A stretch of DNA of 64,000 nucleotides from Synechococcus sp. (GTDB taxonomy: Bacteria > Cyanobacteriota > Cyanobacteriia > PCC-6307 > Cyanobiaceae): NCBI GenBank assembly GCA_047286485.1, contig JBJBBH010000005.1:186056-250055 (forward strand), in the 5' to 3' direction. The notes beneath the pieces are model-generated. The model saw only the letters and a list, made by a program, of their open reading frames with translations. It made no database searches and was not told the origin of the DNA. Of the stretch, positions 1 through 11,429 are shown piece after piece. The position numbers and the translations under genes are program-made. The first letter of the stretch is position 1, and each line of letters begins with the position of its first letter.

Positions 1-1569
<1,569 letters not shown>

Positions 1570-1685
1570 TGATTTGGTTCTTGCCTGAGGCGAGGTTTTA
1601 TTCGAATCAGACGCATGATCAATGATGAAAGTTGTTGATGATGTCCTATGCAGTTCTCAGGGTTCACCCTTGGGAATGTTTTCTA

Positions 1686-1803
1686 TCCTGGTGTCCATGG
1701 CGCTGTGGAACCACTCCGATCCATCTCGAACTCGGTTGTGAAACGCAGCAGCGGCGACGATATTTGGGGGGTAGCCCCCTGAGAAAATAGCTCGATGCCA
1801 GGT
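1686..1803 (+). rRNA. rrf: 5S rRNA
   Basis: TCCTGGTGTCCATGGCGCTGTGGAACCACTCCGATCCATCTCGAACTCGGTTGTGAAACGC...ATGCCAGGT, about 118 nt with complementary ends, directly after 23S. Confidence 0.98.
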
Positions 1804-1834
1804 AAAACATTTCAATCACATCTGTGATGCGAAG

Positions 1835-1864
1835 AAAGCCACCCCGGAGAGGGTGGCTTTTTTT
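1835..1864 (+). terminator. Rho-independent terminator of the rrn operon (likely bidirectional, also for mtnC)
   Basis: AAAGCCACCC-CGGAGA-GGGTGGCTTT hairpin followed by a T-tract, with A-rich 5' flank. Confidence 0.9.
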
Positions 1865-1900
1865 GTGCCCTGACGCGTTTTTACTGATGCACCATTGGAC

Positions 1901-2659
1901 TCAGCTTTGTTGGCTGATGGTTGTGTGGATCTTGCCAAGATCAATGTCAGAAAGTTGGTGGACCAGGGTGTGGGCCCCTGGCTCTTGATGAGGATTCCCT
2001 TCGCGTAGGCAAAATACAGCGTTCATTCCTGCCTGCTGCGCTGCATCGCATTCACCTGGATGGTCACTGATGAAGAGCACTTGATCGGCTTGAACTCCAA
2101 GTTGTTGCGCAATGATTTCATAGCTTTGTGGAACAAGCTTTGGTCCGGTGCGTGTATCAAACCAATGGGAAAAGCGGTCTGTCAGATCTCCTTCGCTGGT
2201 GTGGCCGTAGAAAAGTTGTTGGGCCTGAATGCTTCCGGATGAGTACACCGCAAGGGTGATTCCATTGCGTTTCCAAACATCCAATTGAGGGCACACATCC
2301 TTGAACAGGGATGATTGGAGTTCGCCTGATGCATAGCCTTGCTTCCAGATGATTCCCTGCAATTCCTTCAGAGCTGTTGACTTTTTATCTGTCTGAATCA
2401 GGTGTTGAAGGTAATCTCCAACGTCTCTGGTTGATGGGGGAGTCTGTGTCGTTTTCTCCAGCATTGCTTGGCTGGTTGGGTCAGGGTCAGCGACCCATTC
2501 GGCGATGGTTTCTTTCACCAAAACGTCAATTTCTGGATTCTCTGATCGTTTGTTCAGCGTCCGATCAAGATTCTTCTGGGCAAACGGAAACAGTGTGTGG
2601 CTCACAAAGTCAACAGGGCAGGTCGTTCCTTCGATATCCAGCACGATGGCCCGAATCAT
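1901..2659 (-). CDS. mtnC: Enolase-phosphatase E1 (methionine salvage, HAD family)
   Basis: LDIEGTT HAD motif, VYSSGSIQAQQL, FISD...E.DAA; start placed at the ATG overlapping the mtnB stop (ATGA). Confidence 0.92.
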   Translation of the reverse strand: MIRAIVLDIEGTTCPVDFVSHTLFPFAQKNLDRTLNKRSENPEIDVLVKETIAEWVADPDPTSQAMLEKTTQTPPSTRDVGDYLQHLIQTDKKSTALKELQGIIWKQGYASGELQSSLFKDVCPQLDVWKRNGITLAVYSSGSIQAQQLFYGHTSEGDLTDRFSHWFDTRTGPKLVPQSYEIIAQQLGVQADQVLFISDHPGECDAAQQAGMNAVFCLREGNPHQEPGAHTLVHQLSDIDLGKIHTTISQQS

Positions 2660-3267
2660 TGTTGGCATCCCAAGAGTGATTGTCTCCAGGTGAGCTCCAG
2701 CAAGAATTCAAGGATTTCGGTGTGTCGACGAGCTTCGTTCAGGTCGTTTCCCCATGCGTAGAGCCCATGGCCTGCAACCAGTAATCCATAAGGCGCTTCA
2801 CTCAACCTCATGGCAGCCGATTCGCTCAGTTTCTGCAGATCCTGGTTGTTGTCAATGATGGGCACGTTGACGTTGGTGTCATGGGTTGTCACCCCTTTGA
2901 GCCCCTTCAGCATCTCCCAGCCTTTCAGGCAGACGCTGCCACGCTGCTGCTCCGTTCTCGAGAGCAGAGTTGCTGACAGGGAATGGGTGTGCAGGACCGC
3001 TCCTGCTCCGCAACAGTCAATGATGCGCAGATGCAGCAAGGTTTCTGCGCTGGCTCGACCGACTCCACGGATGACATCCCCGTTCCTGTTCACTTCGATC
3101 AGGTCTTGCGCTTGAACGGATCCCTTGTCGACTCCGCTGGGGGCCATCAACAGTCGCAGCGGCTCCTGTTCCAGCACCACGCTGAAATTGCCCCCGGTGC
3201 CGTCGCACCAACCTCGACGATGCAGCAGTTTCATCGTGGCTGAAAGCTCTTCAGCAGCCTGAACCAA
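2656..3267 (-). CDS. mtnB: Methylthioribulose-1-phosphate dehydratase
   Basis: GW..GTGGNFS, MAPSGVDKG, SAETLLH, VLHTHS, GHGLYAWG class II aldolase-type motifs. Confidence 0.93.
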   Translation of the reverse strand: MVQAAEELSATMKLLHRRGWCDGTGGNFSVVLEQEPLRLLMAPSGVDKGSVQAQDLIEVNRNGDVIRGVGRASAETLLHLRIIDCCGAGAVLHTHSLSATLLSRTEQQRGSVCLKGWEMLKGLKGVTTHDTNVNVPIIDNNQDLQKLSESAAMRLSEAPYGLLVAGHGLYAWGNDLNEARRHTEILEFLLELTWRQSLLGCQQ

Positions 3268-3318
3268 CGGTTTCGCTCCCCCTGCGGCTGTCCTTCACCG
3301 TCCTATCGCATTCGAGTT

Positions 3319-4170
3319 TCAGGATTGACAGGTCGGGCACCAATGGGTGCTGCGCCCTGCAAGCTTGATCCGCTCGATAGCCGTGCCGCAGTGCAAGCAC
3401 GGTTGCCCGCTGCGGCGGTACACCGAGGCCTGCCCTCCGTAATTGCCGTTGACGCCTTCAAGGTCTCGGAAATCACTGAACGTTGTGCCTCCAACGCCGA
3501 TGCTGATCTCCAGCACGTGCACAAGGCTGTCGCAGACACGCTCAAGTTGTTTGCGGTTGAGCCTGCCTGCTGGTGTTTGGGGTGCAATGCCTGCTGCAAA
3601 CAGACTTTCATCGGCGTAGATATTGCCTGCACCTGCCACCAGAGACTGGTCCAGCAAGGCTGCCTTGATCGATCGTGTGGATCCTTTCAGCTTGTTCTGC
3701 AGATAAGCGGCGTTGAAGTCTTCGCTGAAGGGTTCCGGTCCCAAACGTTTCAATCCGGTGATCACTGAGTCGGTGGGAGTTCCCTTCGGAACCCACCACA
3801 TTTCTCCGAAACTGCGCACATCCACGAACCTCAGTTCCTGTTCCCTGGCATTCCAGAAGCGTGCCCGCGTGTGTTGGCAAGGCTCTGTGGGCTCATCGTG
3901 CCACTGGAACTGGCCAGTCATGCGCAGATGGACTCCCCAGCAACCACTGGGTGCTCCGGTGGTGGGATGCAGCAGCTGGGCGATCAAATACTTGCCGCGT
4001 CGTTGCCATTCGCCAACAGTCTGCCCTGCAAGACCTTGGCAAAAGGCCCTTGAACCTCCTGGACTGGCCACAGCCCTTTCACGGAGGATTTCGGCCTCCT
4101 GAATCACAAAGGATTGAAGACGGTTCGCCAGTCCCCGGCGAACCGTCTCAACTTCCGGAAGTTCCGGCAA
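3319..4170 (-). CDS. mutM: Formamidopyrimidine-DNA glycosylase
   Basis: MPELPEVETV N-terminus (TTG start), RRGKYL, HLRMTG, GNIYADE, C-terminal C4 zinc finger. Confidence 0.98.
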   Translation of the reverse strand: MPELPEVETVRRGLANRLQSFVIQEAEILRERAVASPGGSRAFCQGLAGQTVGEWQRRGKYLIAQLLHPTTGAPSGCWGVHLRMTGQFQWHDEPTEPCQHTRARFWNAREQELRFVDVRSFGEMWWVPKGTPTDSVITGLKRLGPEPFSEDFNAAYLQNKLKGSTRSIKAALLDQSLVAGAGNIYADESLFAAGIAPQTPAGRLNRKQLERVCDSLVHVLEISIGVGGTTFSDFRDLEGVNGNYGGQASVYRRSGQPCLHCGTAIERIKLAGRSTHWCPTCQS

Positions 4171-4175
4171 GAGAT

Positions 4176-4385
4176 TCAGGCTGGCTCGAGTTCGTCGAGC
4201 GCAAAGTTGTTGGTGTTGATACCACCGTCCGAACCCTGTAGGCCGTTGTAGTTGACCTGTTCGAACCGGACCACGACCGGGTAGCGGATGCCGGAAGTGT
4301 CGATTGAGGCGACCTTGCCAACATCGTTGAACCAGAAAGACTCGGGGCGCTTGATCCGCACCATGTCACCGCGGGAGATCGCCAT
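4176..4385 (-). CDS. psaE: Photosystem I subunit IV
   Basis: [44 protein letters not shown]...NTNNFA, 69 aa; start moved to ATG at 4385. Confidence 0.97.
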   Translation of the reverse strand: MAISRGDMVRIKRPESFWFNDVGKVASIDTSGIRYPVVVRFEQVNYNGLQGSDGGINTNNFALDELEPA

Positions 4386-4541
4386 CGCTTCGTAAGAACT
4401 GAAAGCACATTGAGCGTATCTCTCGCTTCTTCCCTGCAGTGCTGTTGCGTCACACAATGTCGCCCTGATGAGCGCTCTGCCGGCCCTGCGCCATGCCAGC
4501 ATCCAGCCTCCGGAGTTCTGCCTGCCTTGCTGCCTACGAAC

Positions 4542-5564
4542 ATGGAAACTCCTGTTCTGGAGCTGGATCTGCCCGATCCTGAGCAGGACGACATCAGCAC
4601 CATGGAGTTTCTGGCTCGCTTGGAACAGGCCTGGGCTGTCTGTGACAAGTTCGATCTACAGACTGAGATCTGGCGCGGAAAGATCCTCAAGGCCGTTCGC
4701 GATCGTGAAAAGAGGGGGGGAGAAGGGCGTGGTGCCGGTTTCCTGCAGTGGCTGAGGGAGCGGGAGATCAGCAAGACCCGTGCATATGGATTGATCCAGC
4801 TCGCGGAGTCTGCGCAGGAGATGCTCGGCGAGGGCGTGCTCGAGGAGTCCAGCGTCAATCAGTTCTCCAAGCGAGCCTTTATGGAAACCGCGCAGGCGGC
4901 TCCGGAGGTGCAGCTGATGATTTCCGAGGCTGCTAATGAAGGTCAGGAGATCACCCGCAAGCAGGTCCGGCGTCTGACGGACGAGTTCATGGCCGCCACC
5001 AGTCCTCTGCTGCCTGAGGAGATCAGGCAGCGCACCCAGGAGAATCTGTTGCCTCCGAAAGTGGTGGCTCCGCTCGTGCGTGAGCTGGCGAAGCTGCCGG
5101 AGCCACAGCAGGATGACTTGCGCAAGGTGCTGCGCGATGAGCCCGAGCTTGATCGCATCAAGGATGTGACCCATACCGCTCGCTGGATCACCAAGGCCAC
5201 GGAATCCAGTGTCGCCGTCCGCGCCTTCCAGCAGGGTGAGCTGGATCTCGAAAAGGCCATGCAGGAAGCGCAGCGGCTGGATGCACTTGGATTGCTGGCT
5301 GATGCGGTCGGGCAGGCCCAGTCTCTGGAATCAGCAGTGCTCAAGCTGCACACCTCGTGGCGACGACTTGGGGGCTTGCAGGAACGGCTCTGGGTGGAAA
5401 GTGGCAGCAGTACGCCCTATCTCCGCGACGTTCTCTCGGCGCTGCAGAGTCTCAGCGGTGCGACGCTGCGCGTCTCTCTTGGGGAGCTGGCCGGCGGTAA
5501 GCGGGTGCGACTGCAGTTGGTTGAGGAATCACCGGATCAGCTGGAACCCCCTCCGATCCCCTAG
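4542..5564 (+). CDS. Conserved cyanobacterial hypothetical protein, possible DUF3102-like N-terminal helical domain
   Basis: Long ORF with host-like codon use; G.IL..VR...G.FLQWL.E.EIS..RAY.LI pattern; upstream of recQ on the same strand. Confidence 0.75.
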   Translation: METPVLELDLPDPEQDDISTMEFLARLEQAWAVCDKFDLQTEIWRGKILKAVRDREKRGGEGRGAGFLQWLREREISKTRAYGLIQLAESAQEMLGEGVLEESSVNQFSKRAFMETAQAAPEVQLMISEAANEGQEITRKQVRRLTDEFMAATSPLLPEEIRQRTQENLLPPKVVAPLVRELAKLPEPQQDDLRKVLRDEPELDRIKDVTHTARWITKATESSVAVRAFQQGELDLEKAMQEAQRLDALGLLADAVGQAQSLESAVLKLHTSWRRLGGLQERLWVESGSSTPYLRDVLSALQSLSGATLRVSLGELAGGKRVRLQLVEESPDQLEPPPIP

Positions 5565-5606
5565 ATCTGGGGCTCGGTAGTCTGTGCACACCATCTGTGG
5601 AGTGCT

Positions 5607-7094
5607 TTGGACCTGCTGCTGGACGCGCTCGAGCGCCATTACGGCTGGTCCGAGTTTCGGCCAGGGCAGCGCCCTGTTGTGGAATGCCTGCTGCAGGGTC
5701 AGGACTGTCTGGCGGTTCTGCCGACCGGTGGAGGCAAGTCGCTCTGTTACCAGCTGCCAGCTCTGGTGAGGTCAGGACTTGTGGTGGTGATTTCGCCACT
5801 GGTGGCCCTGATGGAAGATCAGGTGCTGCAGTTGCGCCGTCGAGGCATTGCGGCGGCCTGTCTTCATGGAGGCATCGAGCCCGCGCAGCGCCGCAAGACG
5901 CTTTCGCAGCTCAGCGATGGATCCCTGAGGCTGTTGTATCTCGCACCGGAGCGTCTGCAGGGTGAAGCCACCCGTTCCGTTCTGCAGGAGCATGCCGCCA
6001 CAGGTCAGCTCGTTGCGCTGGCGGTGGATGAGGCTCACTGCATCAGCGCCTGGGGCCATGACTTCCGGCCCGATTACCGCCGACTGGGTGAGTTGCGTGC
6101 ACTCTGTCCGGGTGTTCCGTTGGTTGCCCTGAGTGCCACGGCGGCTCCCCGGGTCAGGGCTGACATCCTCCGTCTTCTCCATCTCAGGCGGCCGCTGATT
6201 CAGGTGGGATCGGCCCAGCGTCACAATCTGCACTACGCCATGCGCCGGCGGGTTGGAGATCCTCTGCAGGATGTCGTTGACGCCTTGGAGAATGCCCGGG
6301 GCGCCTGTCTGATTTACGCCCGCACACGAGTTTCGGTGGAGCGCTGGACTGAGCGGCTCTGCGACAACGGGATTCAGGCCATTGCGTATCACGCCGGTCT
6401 TGAGCCTGAGGTCAGGCATCGGGCTCTTGAGCATTTCCTTGAAGGACAGGACCCCGTGCTGGTGGCCACCGTGGCCTTCGGTATGGGGGTCGACCGGCCT
6501 GATGTCGGTCTGGTGTTGCATCTGGATCTCCCCAGTACCCCGGAGGGTTATCTGCAGGAGTCAGGTCGTGCGGGACGAGACGGCAAGCCGGCGCACTGCC
6601 TGGTGTTGTTCTCGCCGAGAGATCGAACCAGTCTTGGGTGGGCCATGCAGAGTGCTCTGCGCCGTTCATCCGCCAGCGATGCCGTCGAAGAAGCCAGGCG
6701 CATCGAACTCGCGCAGCAGCAGTTGCGCAGGATGGAGGCCGTGGCGGAGGGAGAAACCTGCAGAGAACAAGCTCTGCTGCTGTCCGTTGGTGAATTAGTC
6801 CCACCTTGTGGCCGTTGTGATCGCTGTCTTTCCAGTGCCGCAAGGCAGGACTGGTCCGACGAAGCCACGGCTGTGCTGGAGTTGTTGGCAGAGGTTCATG
6901 GCACCGACGCCCGCAGGTTGAGCGAACGGCTCAATGCCGAAGAAGGTCGTTCCGCCCACTGGGGATGGCTCACGCGGCGGTTGGTTCAAGAGGAGTTAAT
7001 CCATGAAACGGATGACGGCAGCCAGCGCCTGTACCTCAAGGAAAGTGGCCGACGTTATCTGCGTCAGCCCTGGCCCCTGCACTACGCCGCCTAG
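5607..7094 (+). CDS. recQ: RecQ-family DNA helicase (short form, no evident HRDC domain)
   Basis: PTGGGKSLCYQLP, DEAHCISAWGHDFRPDY, ATVAFGMGVD, QESGRAGRDG, CR...CGRCDRC. Confidence 0.95.
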   Translation: MDLLLDALERHYGWSEFRPGQRPVVECLLQGQDCLAVLPTGGGKSLCYQLPALVRSGLVVVISPLVALMEDQVLQLRRRGIAAACLHGGIEPAQRRKTLSQLSDGSLRLLYLAPERLQGEATRSVLQEHAATGQLVALAVDEAHCISAWGHDFRPDYRRLGELRALCPGVPLVALSATAAPRVRADILRLLHLRRPLIQVGSAQRHNLHYAMRRRVGDPLQDVVDALENARGACLIYARTRVSVERWTERLCDNGIQAIAYHAGLEPEVRHRALEHFLEGQDPVLVATVAFGMGVDRPDVGLVLHLDLPSTPEGYLQESGRAGRDGKPAHCLVLFSPRDRTSLGWAMQSALRRSSASDAVEEARRIELAQQQLRRMEAVAEGETCREQALLLSVGELVPPCGRCDRCLSSAARQDWSDEATAVLELLAEVHGTDARRLSERLNAEEGRSAHWGWLTRRLVQEELIHETDDGSQRLYLKESGRRYLRQPWPLHYAA

Positions 7095-7101
7095 CCCGCG
7101 T

Positions 7102-8157
7102 TCAGCTCTTCGCCGCCGTACAGCGATCCTTCACCAGCGACTTCTCGAATTCAGACTGGGGTGCGATCCAGTTTTTCCACATTCCGTTCGCGCCGGTGGC
7201 ATTGATCTTCCCGGCAGAACAATTCACGGCCACGTATAGCGATTGTCCATCGCTGTTCAGTGTCGGGGCCACATCGCTGCCACCCATCAACTGCCAGTTC
7301 CCCCAGTCGACCTGAAGGGGGCCATAGGTGCGCCAGGAGGCGGGCTTGGGCTGCACACTTGTCTTGGTGGTCTGGCTCGCCTTGGCCGTTGTGACGGGTT
7401 TGACCACCTTGGGTTTCGCGGCTTCTGATTTCACAACTGCGGGTTTCACAGTCGCCGGTTTCACAGTCGCGGTTTTGGGCTGGACCTGCGCGGGCTTCTG
7501 TTCGACGGACTGGCTCTCGGTCACCAAGGGTTGCCGTTCAGTCGGCGTTGTTGATGTGGCGACTGGTGTGTTGCTTTCCGTGGAACGGAGCATCAGCTGA
7601 GTTCCGATATTGACCCGATTGGGGTTCTCAATGGCATTGATGCTGATCAATGCCGTCATGGGGATGTCGTAAGCCTTGGCGATCTGGCTGAGTGTTTGAC
7701 CACGGGCCACGGTGTGAGAGATCGCATTTGGCTTGGCCTGAATCGGCACCGGCTTGGTCTTGGCTTTGGGTTTCGCCTGAGGAAGCACCGCGTTGCTCGG
7801 AAGCTTCAGGGTCTGTCCGATCTCAACATGATCGGGACTCGACAGTCCGTTCAGTGCCATCAACTGACGCTCACTCACCCTGTACCGCGCGGCAATGTCG
7901 CTGAGGGTGTCGCCGGATTGCACGTTATGGCGGCCCTTGCCGGCTGTGACGCTCCCCGGCAGCCGCAGCGTCTGACCTGCTTCCACATGATCCGAGTTCC
8001 TGATCCCGTTCAGGCGCATCAGGCTGTTCATCGATACGCCATAGCGCGCGGCAATATCCGAAAGGGTCTCACCTGACTTGACCGTCACGTTGGCGCCATG
8101 GCTGGCGATTGGTGTCAGGGCCATTGCGGCCAGAACGGTCAGGAGGGTGCGGCGCAT
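7102..8157 (-). CDS. Secreted protein with three LysM domains
   Basis: Signal peptide MRRTLLTVLAAMALTPIASHG; three V..G.TLS.IA..Y.....L...N.I repeats; Lys/Pro/Ala-rich linker. Confidence 0.9.
   Translation of the reverse strand: MRRTLLTVLAAMALTPIASHGANVTVKSGETLSDIAARYGVSMNSLMRLNGIRNSDHVEAGQTLRLPGSVTAGKGRHNVQSGDTLSDIAARYRVSERQLMALNGLSSPDHVEIGQTLKLPSNAVLPQAKPKAKTKPVPIQAKPNAISHTVARGQTLSQIAKAYDIPMTALISINAIENPNRVNIGTQLMLRSTESNTPVATSTTPTERQPLVTESQSVEQKPAQVQPKTATVKPATVKPAVVKSEAAKPKVVKPVTTAKASQTTKTSVQPKPASWRTYGPLQVDWGNWQLMGGSDVAPTLNSDGQSLYVAVNCSAGKINATGANGMWKNWIAPQSEFEKSLVKDRCTAAKS
7397..7476. repeat. Degenerate 15-bp tandem repeat encoding KP(A/V)xV pentapeptides in the LysM protein linker
   Basis: GGTTT/GATTT recurs at 7397, 7412, 7427, 7442, 7457; GGTTTCACAGTCGC occurs twice exactly. 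Confidence 0.8.
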
Positions 8158-8235
8158 GCGTGTCCGTTGGCTGGGCGAAAGATAAGGTGCCTCCCGCGGA
8201 ACGCCAGTGCCGGTCCGTCTTGATTTCGGCGCCAA

Positions 8236-9636
8236 TCAGCTCAAGAGACGACGGAATGTTTCTGGCTTGAGGGTGTACGGCGGATAGCGCTGAGGCAAAT
8301 CCAGCCAAAATGGACGCCGCAGGACCGAGCGTTCATGGGAAAAGGTCCTGAACCCCGCTTCGCCGTGATGTGCTCCCATCCCGCTGGCGCCCACCCCGCC
8401 AAAGGGCAGATCCGGGACGCCACACTGCATCAGCACATCGTTGAAACACACACCACCGGAGCTGGTGCTGCGCAGCACCAGCTCCTGGTCACGATCCTCG
8501 CCGCCAAATAAGTAGAGAGCGAGCGGTTTGTCCTGCTTCTGGATCCTCTGAATGGCGTCATTCAGATCGGCGATCTCCAGCACTGGCAGCAGCGGTCCGA
8601 ACAGTTCGTCCGCCATCAGCGGGTCCTGTTCGTCGTGCACGGCGATCAGCGTGGGTGCAATCCGGCGTCTGATGGGGTCGCACTCACCTCCAAGCAGGAC
8701 ACGACCTTCGCGTTTGGCCTGGTCCAACAAGGCCTCCAGTCGGCCGTAATGATGTTCATGGATCAGACAGGCGAGTGATTCGGATTCGAGTGGATCGCTG
8801 CCATAGAGCTTCAGCCGTTCCTCGGCCATGGCTTGCAGCAGCGGCGCACGCAGGTCTGCTTGGACAAGGAGATGATCCGGCGCAATACAGGCTTGGCCTG
8901 CATTGAATCCCTTCCCCCACACAAGCCTGCGTGCCGTGACGGATAGATCGGCACCAGGAAGCACGATCGCAGGGTTTTTGCCGCCGAGTTCCAGGGTGAC
9001 CGGCGTGAGATTGGCGGCGGCTCCCTCCAGCACCTTGGCTCCGATCCGACCACCCCCGGTGAAGAAGATGTGATCAAAGCGCTGCCTGACCAGTTGAGCC
9101 GCAACGGACCCATCACCATTGACGACCTGAATCACATCGCTCTGGAAGTATTGGGGCACCAGCGTCTGGATGAGCTCTGCGGTTGCAGGGGCATGCTCAG
9201 AGGGCTTGATCACGGCAGTGTTGCCGGCTGCCAGGGCGCTCACAAGCGGCCATAACGTGAGACTGAACGGCAGATTCCAGGGGCCGATCAACAGCACGCA
9301 TCCAAGGGGTTCCCGGATCAGTTCGGCACGGCCAGGCTGCTGCACCAGCGGAACACGGATCCTGCGGGGGCGCATCCAGGCCCGCAGCCGTCGTTCAGCA
9401 AGCTTGATCTCCTGAAGCAGGGTCACGACTTCGGCCATTCCCTCCAGGCCGGGCTTGGCAAGGTCGTGGCGCAGGGCCTCAAGAATTTCAGGCTCGTGTT
9501 CTGTCACCAGCTCACGCAGTCGCTGCAGCTGTGCACGACGCCAGGCTTCCGGTCGAGTGATGCCTTCGAGCACGGGCTTGCGCAGACGCTCCAGGTCGGT
9601 GTCGGTGAAAGGGCGTGCAGCGTTGGCCTGGACCAT
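8236..9636 (-). CDS. NAD(P)-dependent aldehyde dehydrogenase (class 3 / fatty-aldehyde type)
   Basis: PWNLP, IKPSE, FFTGGG, TLELGGKNP, GQACIAPD, ELFGPLLP, PFGGVGASGMG. Confidence 0.93.
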   Translation of the reverse strand: MVQANAARPFTDTDLERLRKPVLEGITRPEAWRRAQLQRLRELVTEHEPEILEALRHDLAKPGLEGMAEVVTLLQEIKLAERRLRAWMRPRRIRVPLVQQPGRAELIREPLGCVLLIGPWNLPFSLTLWPLVSALAAGNTAVIKPSEHAPATAELIQTLVPQYFQSDVIQVVNGDGSVAAQLVRQRFDHIFFTGGGRIGAKVLEGAAANLTPVTLELGGKNPAIVLPGADLSVTARRLVWGKGFNAGQACIAPDHLLVQADLRAPLLQAMAEERLKLYGSDPLESESLACLIHEHHYGRLEALLDQAKREGRVLLGGECDPIRRRIAPTLIAVHDEQDPLMADELFGPLLPVLEIADLNDAIQRIQKQDKPLALYLFGGEDRDQELVLRSTSSGGVCFNDVLMQCGVPDLPFGGVGASGMGAHHGEAGFRTFSHERSVLRRPFWLDLPQRYPPYTLKPETFRRLLS

Positions 9637-9755
9637 GACGGGGATGAGCGTGCTGTCTGTGCGCAGCATGCTCGCAGTTTCGTCAGCCCAACCGTTGGCG
9701 CGGGGATGACGCTGGGCACGATCGCCATTACACCGTGATCAGAGGCAACGGCCTG

Positions 9756-11429
9756 ATGAGTCAGCAGCAGCCGTGGTGGAACGGCGCCGTCATCTATCAG
9801 CTGATCGTGCGCAGTTACCGCGATGGCAACGGAGATGGGATCGGAGACCTGCAGGGCCTGGCGAGCCGGCTTCCCTATCTGCGTTGGCTGGGGGTCGAAG
9901 CCATCTGGCTGACGCCCATCTATCCATCACCGCTGGATGACGGCGGCTACGACATCACCGACTTCAAGGCGATTCACCCTGATCTGGGAGATCTCGCGGC
10001 GTTTCATCGTTTTCTCACGGCTGCTCACACGCAGGGCCTCAAGGTGGTGATGGATCTGGTGATGAATCACACCAGCACCCTCCATCCCTGGTTTCAACGC
10101 GCTCGATGGGCACCCCAGGGCAGCCCTGAACGAGAGATCTACGTGTGGAGCGATGACCCCCATCGCTACGCGGATGCCCCGGTGCTCTTTCGCCATTTCG
10201 AGTCATCGAACTGGGAATGGGATGAGGTGGCCGGCCAGTACTTCCTCCACCGTTTCCTCCGCCATCAGCCTGATCTCAACTACGCCAATCCATTTGTCCA
10301 GGAGGCAATGCTGGATGTGGTGGATTTCTGGATTGATCGCGGTGTCGATGGCTTCCGCCTGGATGCTGTGCCTTTTCTGTGTGAGGAGGAGGGATCACGC
10401 TGTGAAGGGCTGCCTGAAACCCACGCTTTTCTCAAACGACTGCGTGAGCGTGTGGATTCCCATGGTCGGGATGTTCTGCTGTTGGGGGAAGCGATCCAGC
10501 CTGTTGAAGAAATCGCGCCCTATTTATTACAGGACGAACTGCACGGTGCTTACAACTTCGTTCTGACAGCGCACCTGTTTGCGGCGATCGCCAGCGGCAC
10601 CGTGGACAATCTGCGCAAGTGTCTTGAAGAGGCACAGCAGGTCGTCAGTGGCTGCCGCTGGGCCTTGCCTCTCAGGAACCACGATGAATTGTGGCTGGGC
10701 GATGGTCACCTGATTCCGGAGGAGGTGATCCAGACCATCCGTGCCGGACTCCATCAAGGGCAGGGGCACTGGCTCAACTGGGGCATTAACCGCCGTCTGG
10801 CGCCATTGCTCAATGGCGACCCCGGCTCTAACCGCGTTCTACACGCGCTGCTCTACAGCCTTCCGGGGATGCCTTGCCTCTACTACGGCGATGAACTGGG
10901 GATGGGCGATTGGCCGGGGTTGCGGGACCGTGATCCCAACCGCACGCCCATGGCCTGGACGCCGGCGCGCAATGGCGGGTTTTCAACCGCGCCTGACCCG
11001 CTGCTGGTGCTGCCGCCGATCACCGCTCCCGGTTACGACTATCGCGTGGTGAATGTGGAGGTTCAGAAGCAGCTGCCGGGTTCGTTGCTGAACTGGCATC
11101 GCCGGATGCTCACCTGCCGGAGACTGTTGCCGGCGCTTCGCCATGGCAATTTTGAGCTCTTGAACTGTTCTCACCCAGGTGTGATCAGCTATGTGCGCTG
11201 TGACGGCAGCATGACGGTGCTGGTGGCTGCAAACCTCTCTGCGGCTGGTGCTTCTCTGCACCTCGACCTCAGCCGCTGGAGCGGGGTGCGGACGCGCGAG
11301 GTCTTCTGGGGTTGTGAATATCCACCCGCATCAGAAGACTGGTTTGTCTATCTGCCTGCCCATGGATTCAGCTGGTGGCTAATCGGTGAAGTGGAGGATG
11401 TGAACTCCGAATCAGTGAGCTCCGATTAG
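9756..11429 (+). CDS. treS: GH13 trehalose-synthase (TreS)-like alpha-glucoside enzyme
   Basis: GDGIGDL.GL, DGGYDITD, DLVMNHTS, GFRLDAVPFL (nucleophile D), GEA (acid/base E), LRNHDEL, YYGDELGMGD. Confidence 0.8.
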   Translation: MSQQQPWWNGAVIYQLIVRSYRDGNGDGIGDLQGLASRLPYLRWLGVEAIWLTPIYPSPLDDGGYDITDFKAIHPDLGDLAAFHRFLTAAHTQGLKVVMDLVMNHTSTLHPWFQRARWAPQGSPEREIYVWSDDPHRYADAPVLFRHFESSNWEWDEVAGQYFLHRFLRHQPDLNYANPFVQEAMLDVVDFWIDRGVDGFRLDAVPFLCEEEGSRCEGLPETHAFLKRLRERVDSHGRDVLLLGEAIQPVEEIAPYLLQDELHGAYNFVLTAHLFAAIASGTVDNLRKCLEEAQQVVSGCRWALPLRNHDELWLGDGHLIPEEVIQTIRAGLHQGQGHWLNWGINRRLAPLLNGDPGSNRVLHALLYSLPGMPCLYYGDELGMGDWPGLRDRDPNRTPMAWTPARNGGFSTAPDPLLVLPPITAPGYDYRVVNVEVQKQLPGSLLNWHRRMLTCRRLLPALRHGNFELLNCSHPGVISYVRCDGSMTVLVAANLSAAGASLHLDLSRWSGVRTREVFWGCEYPPASEDWFVYLPAHGFSWWLIGEVEDVNSESVSSD

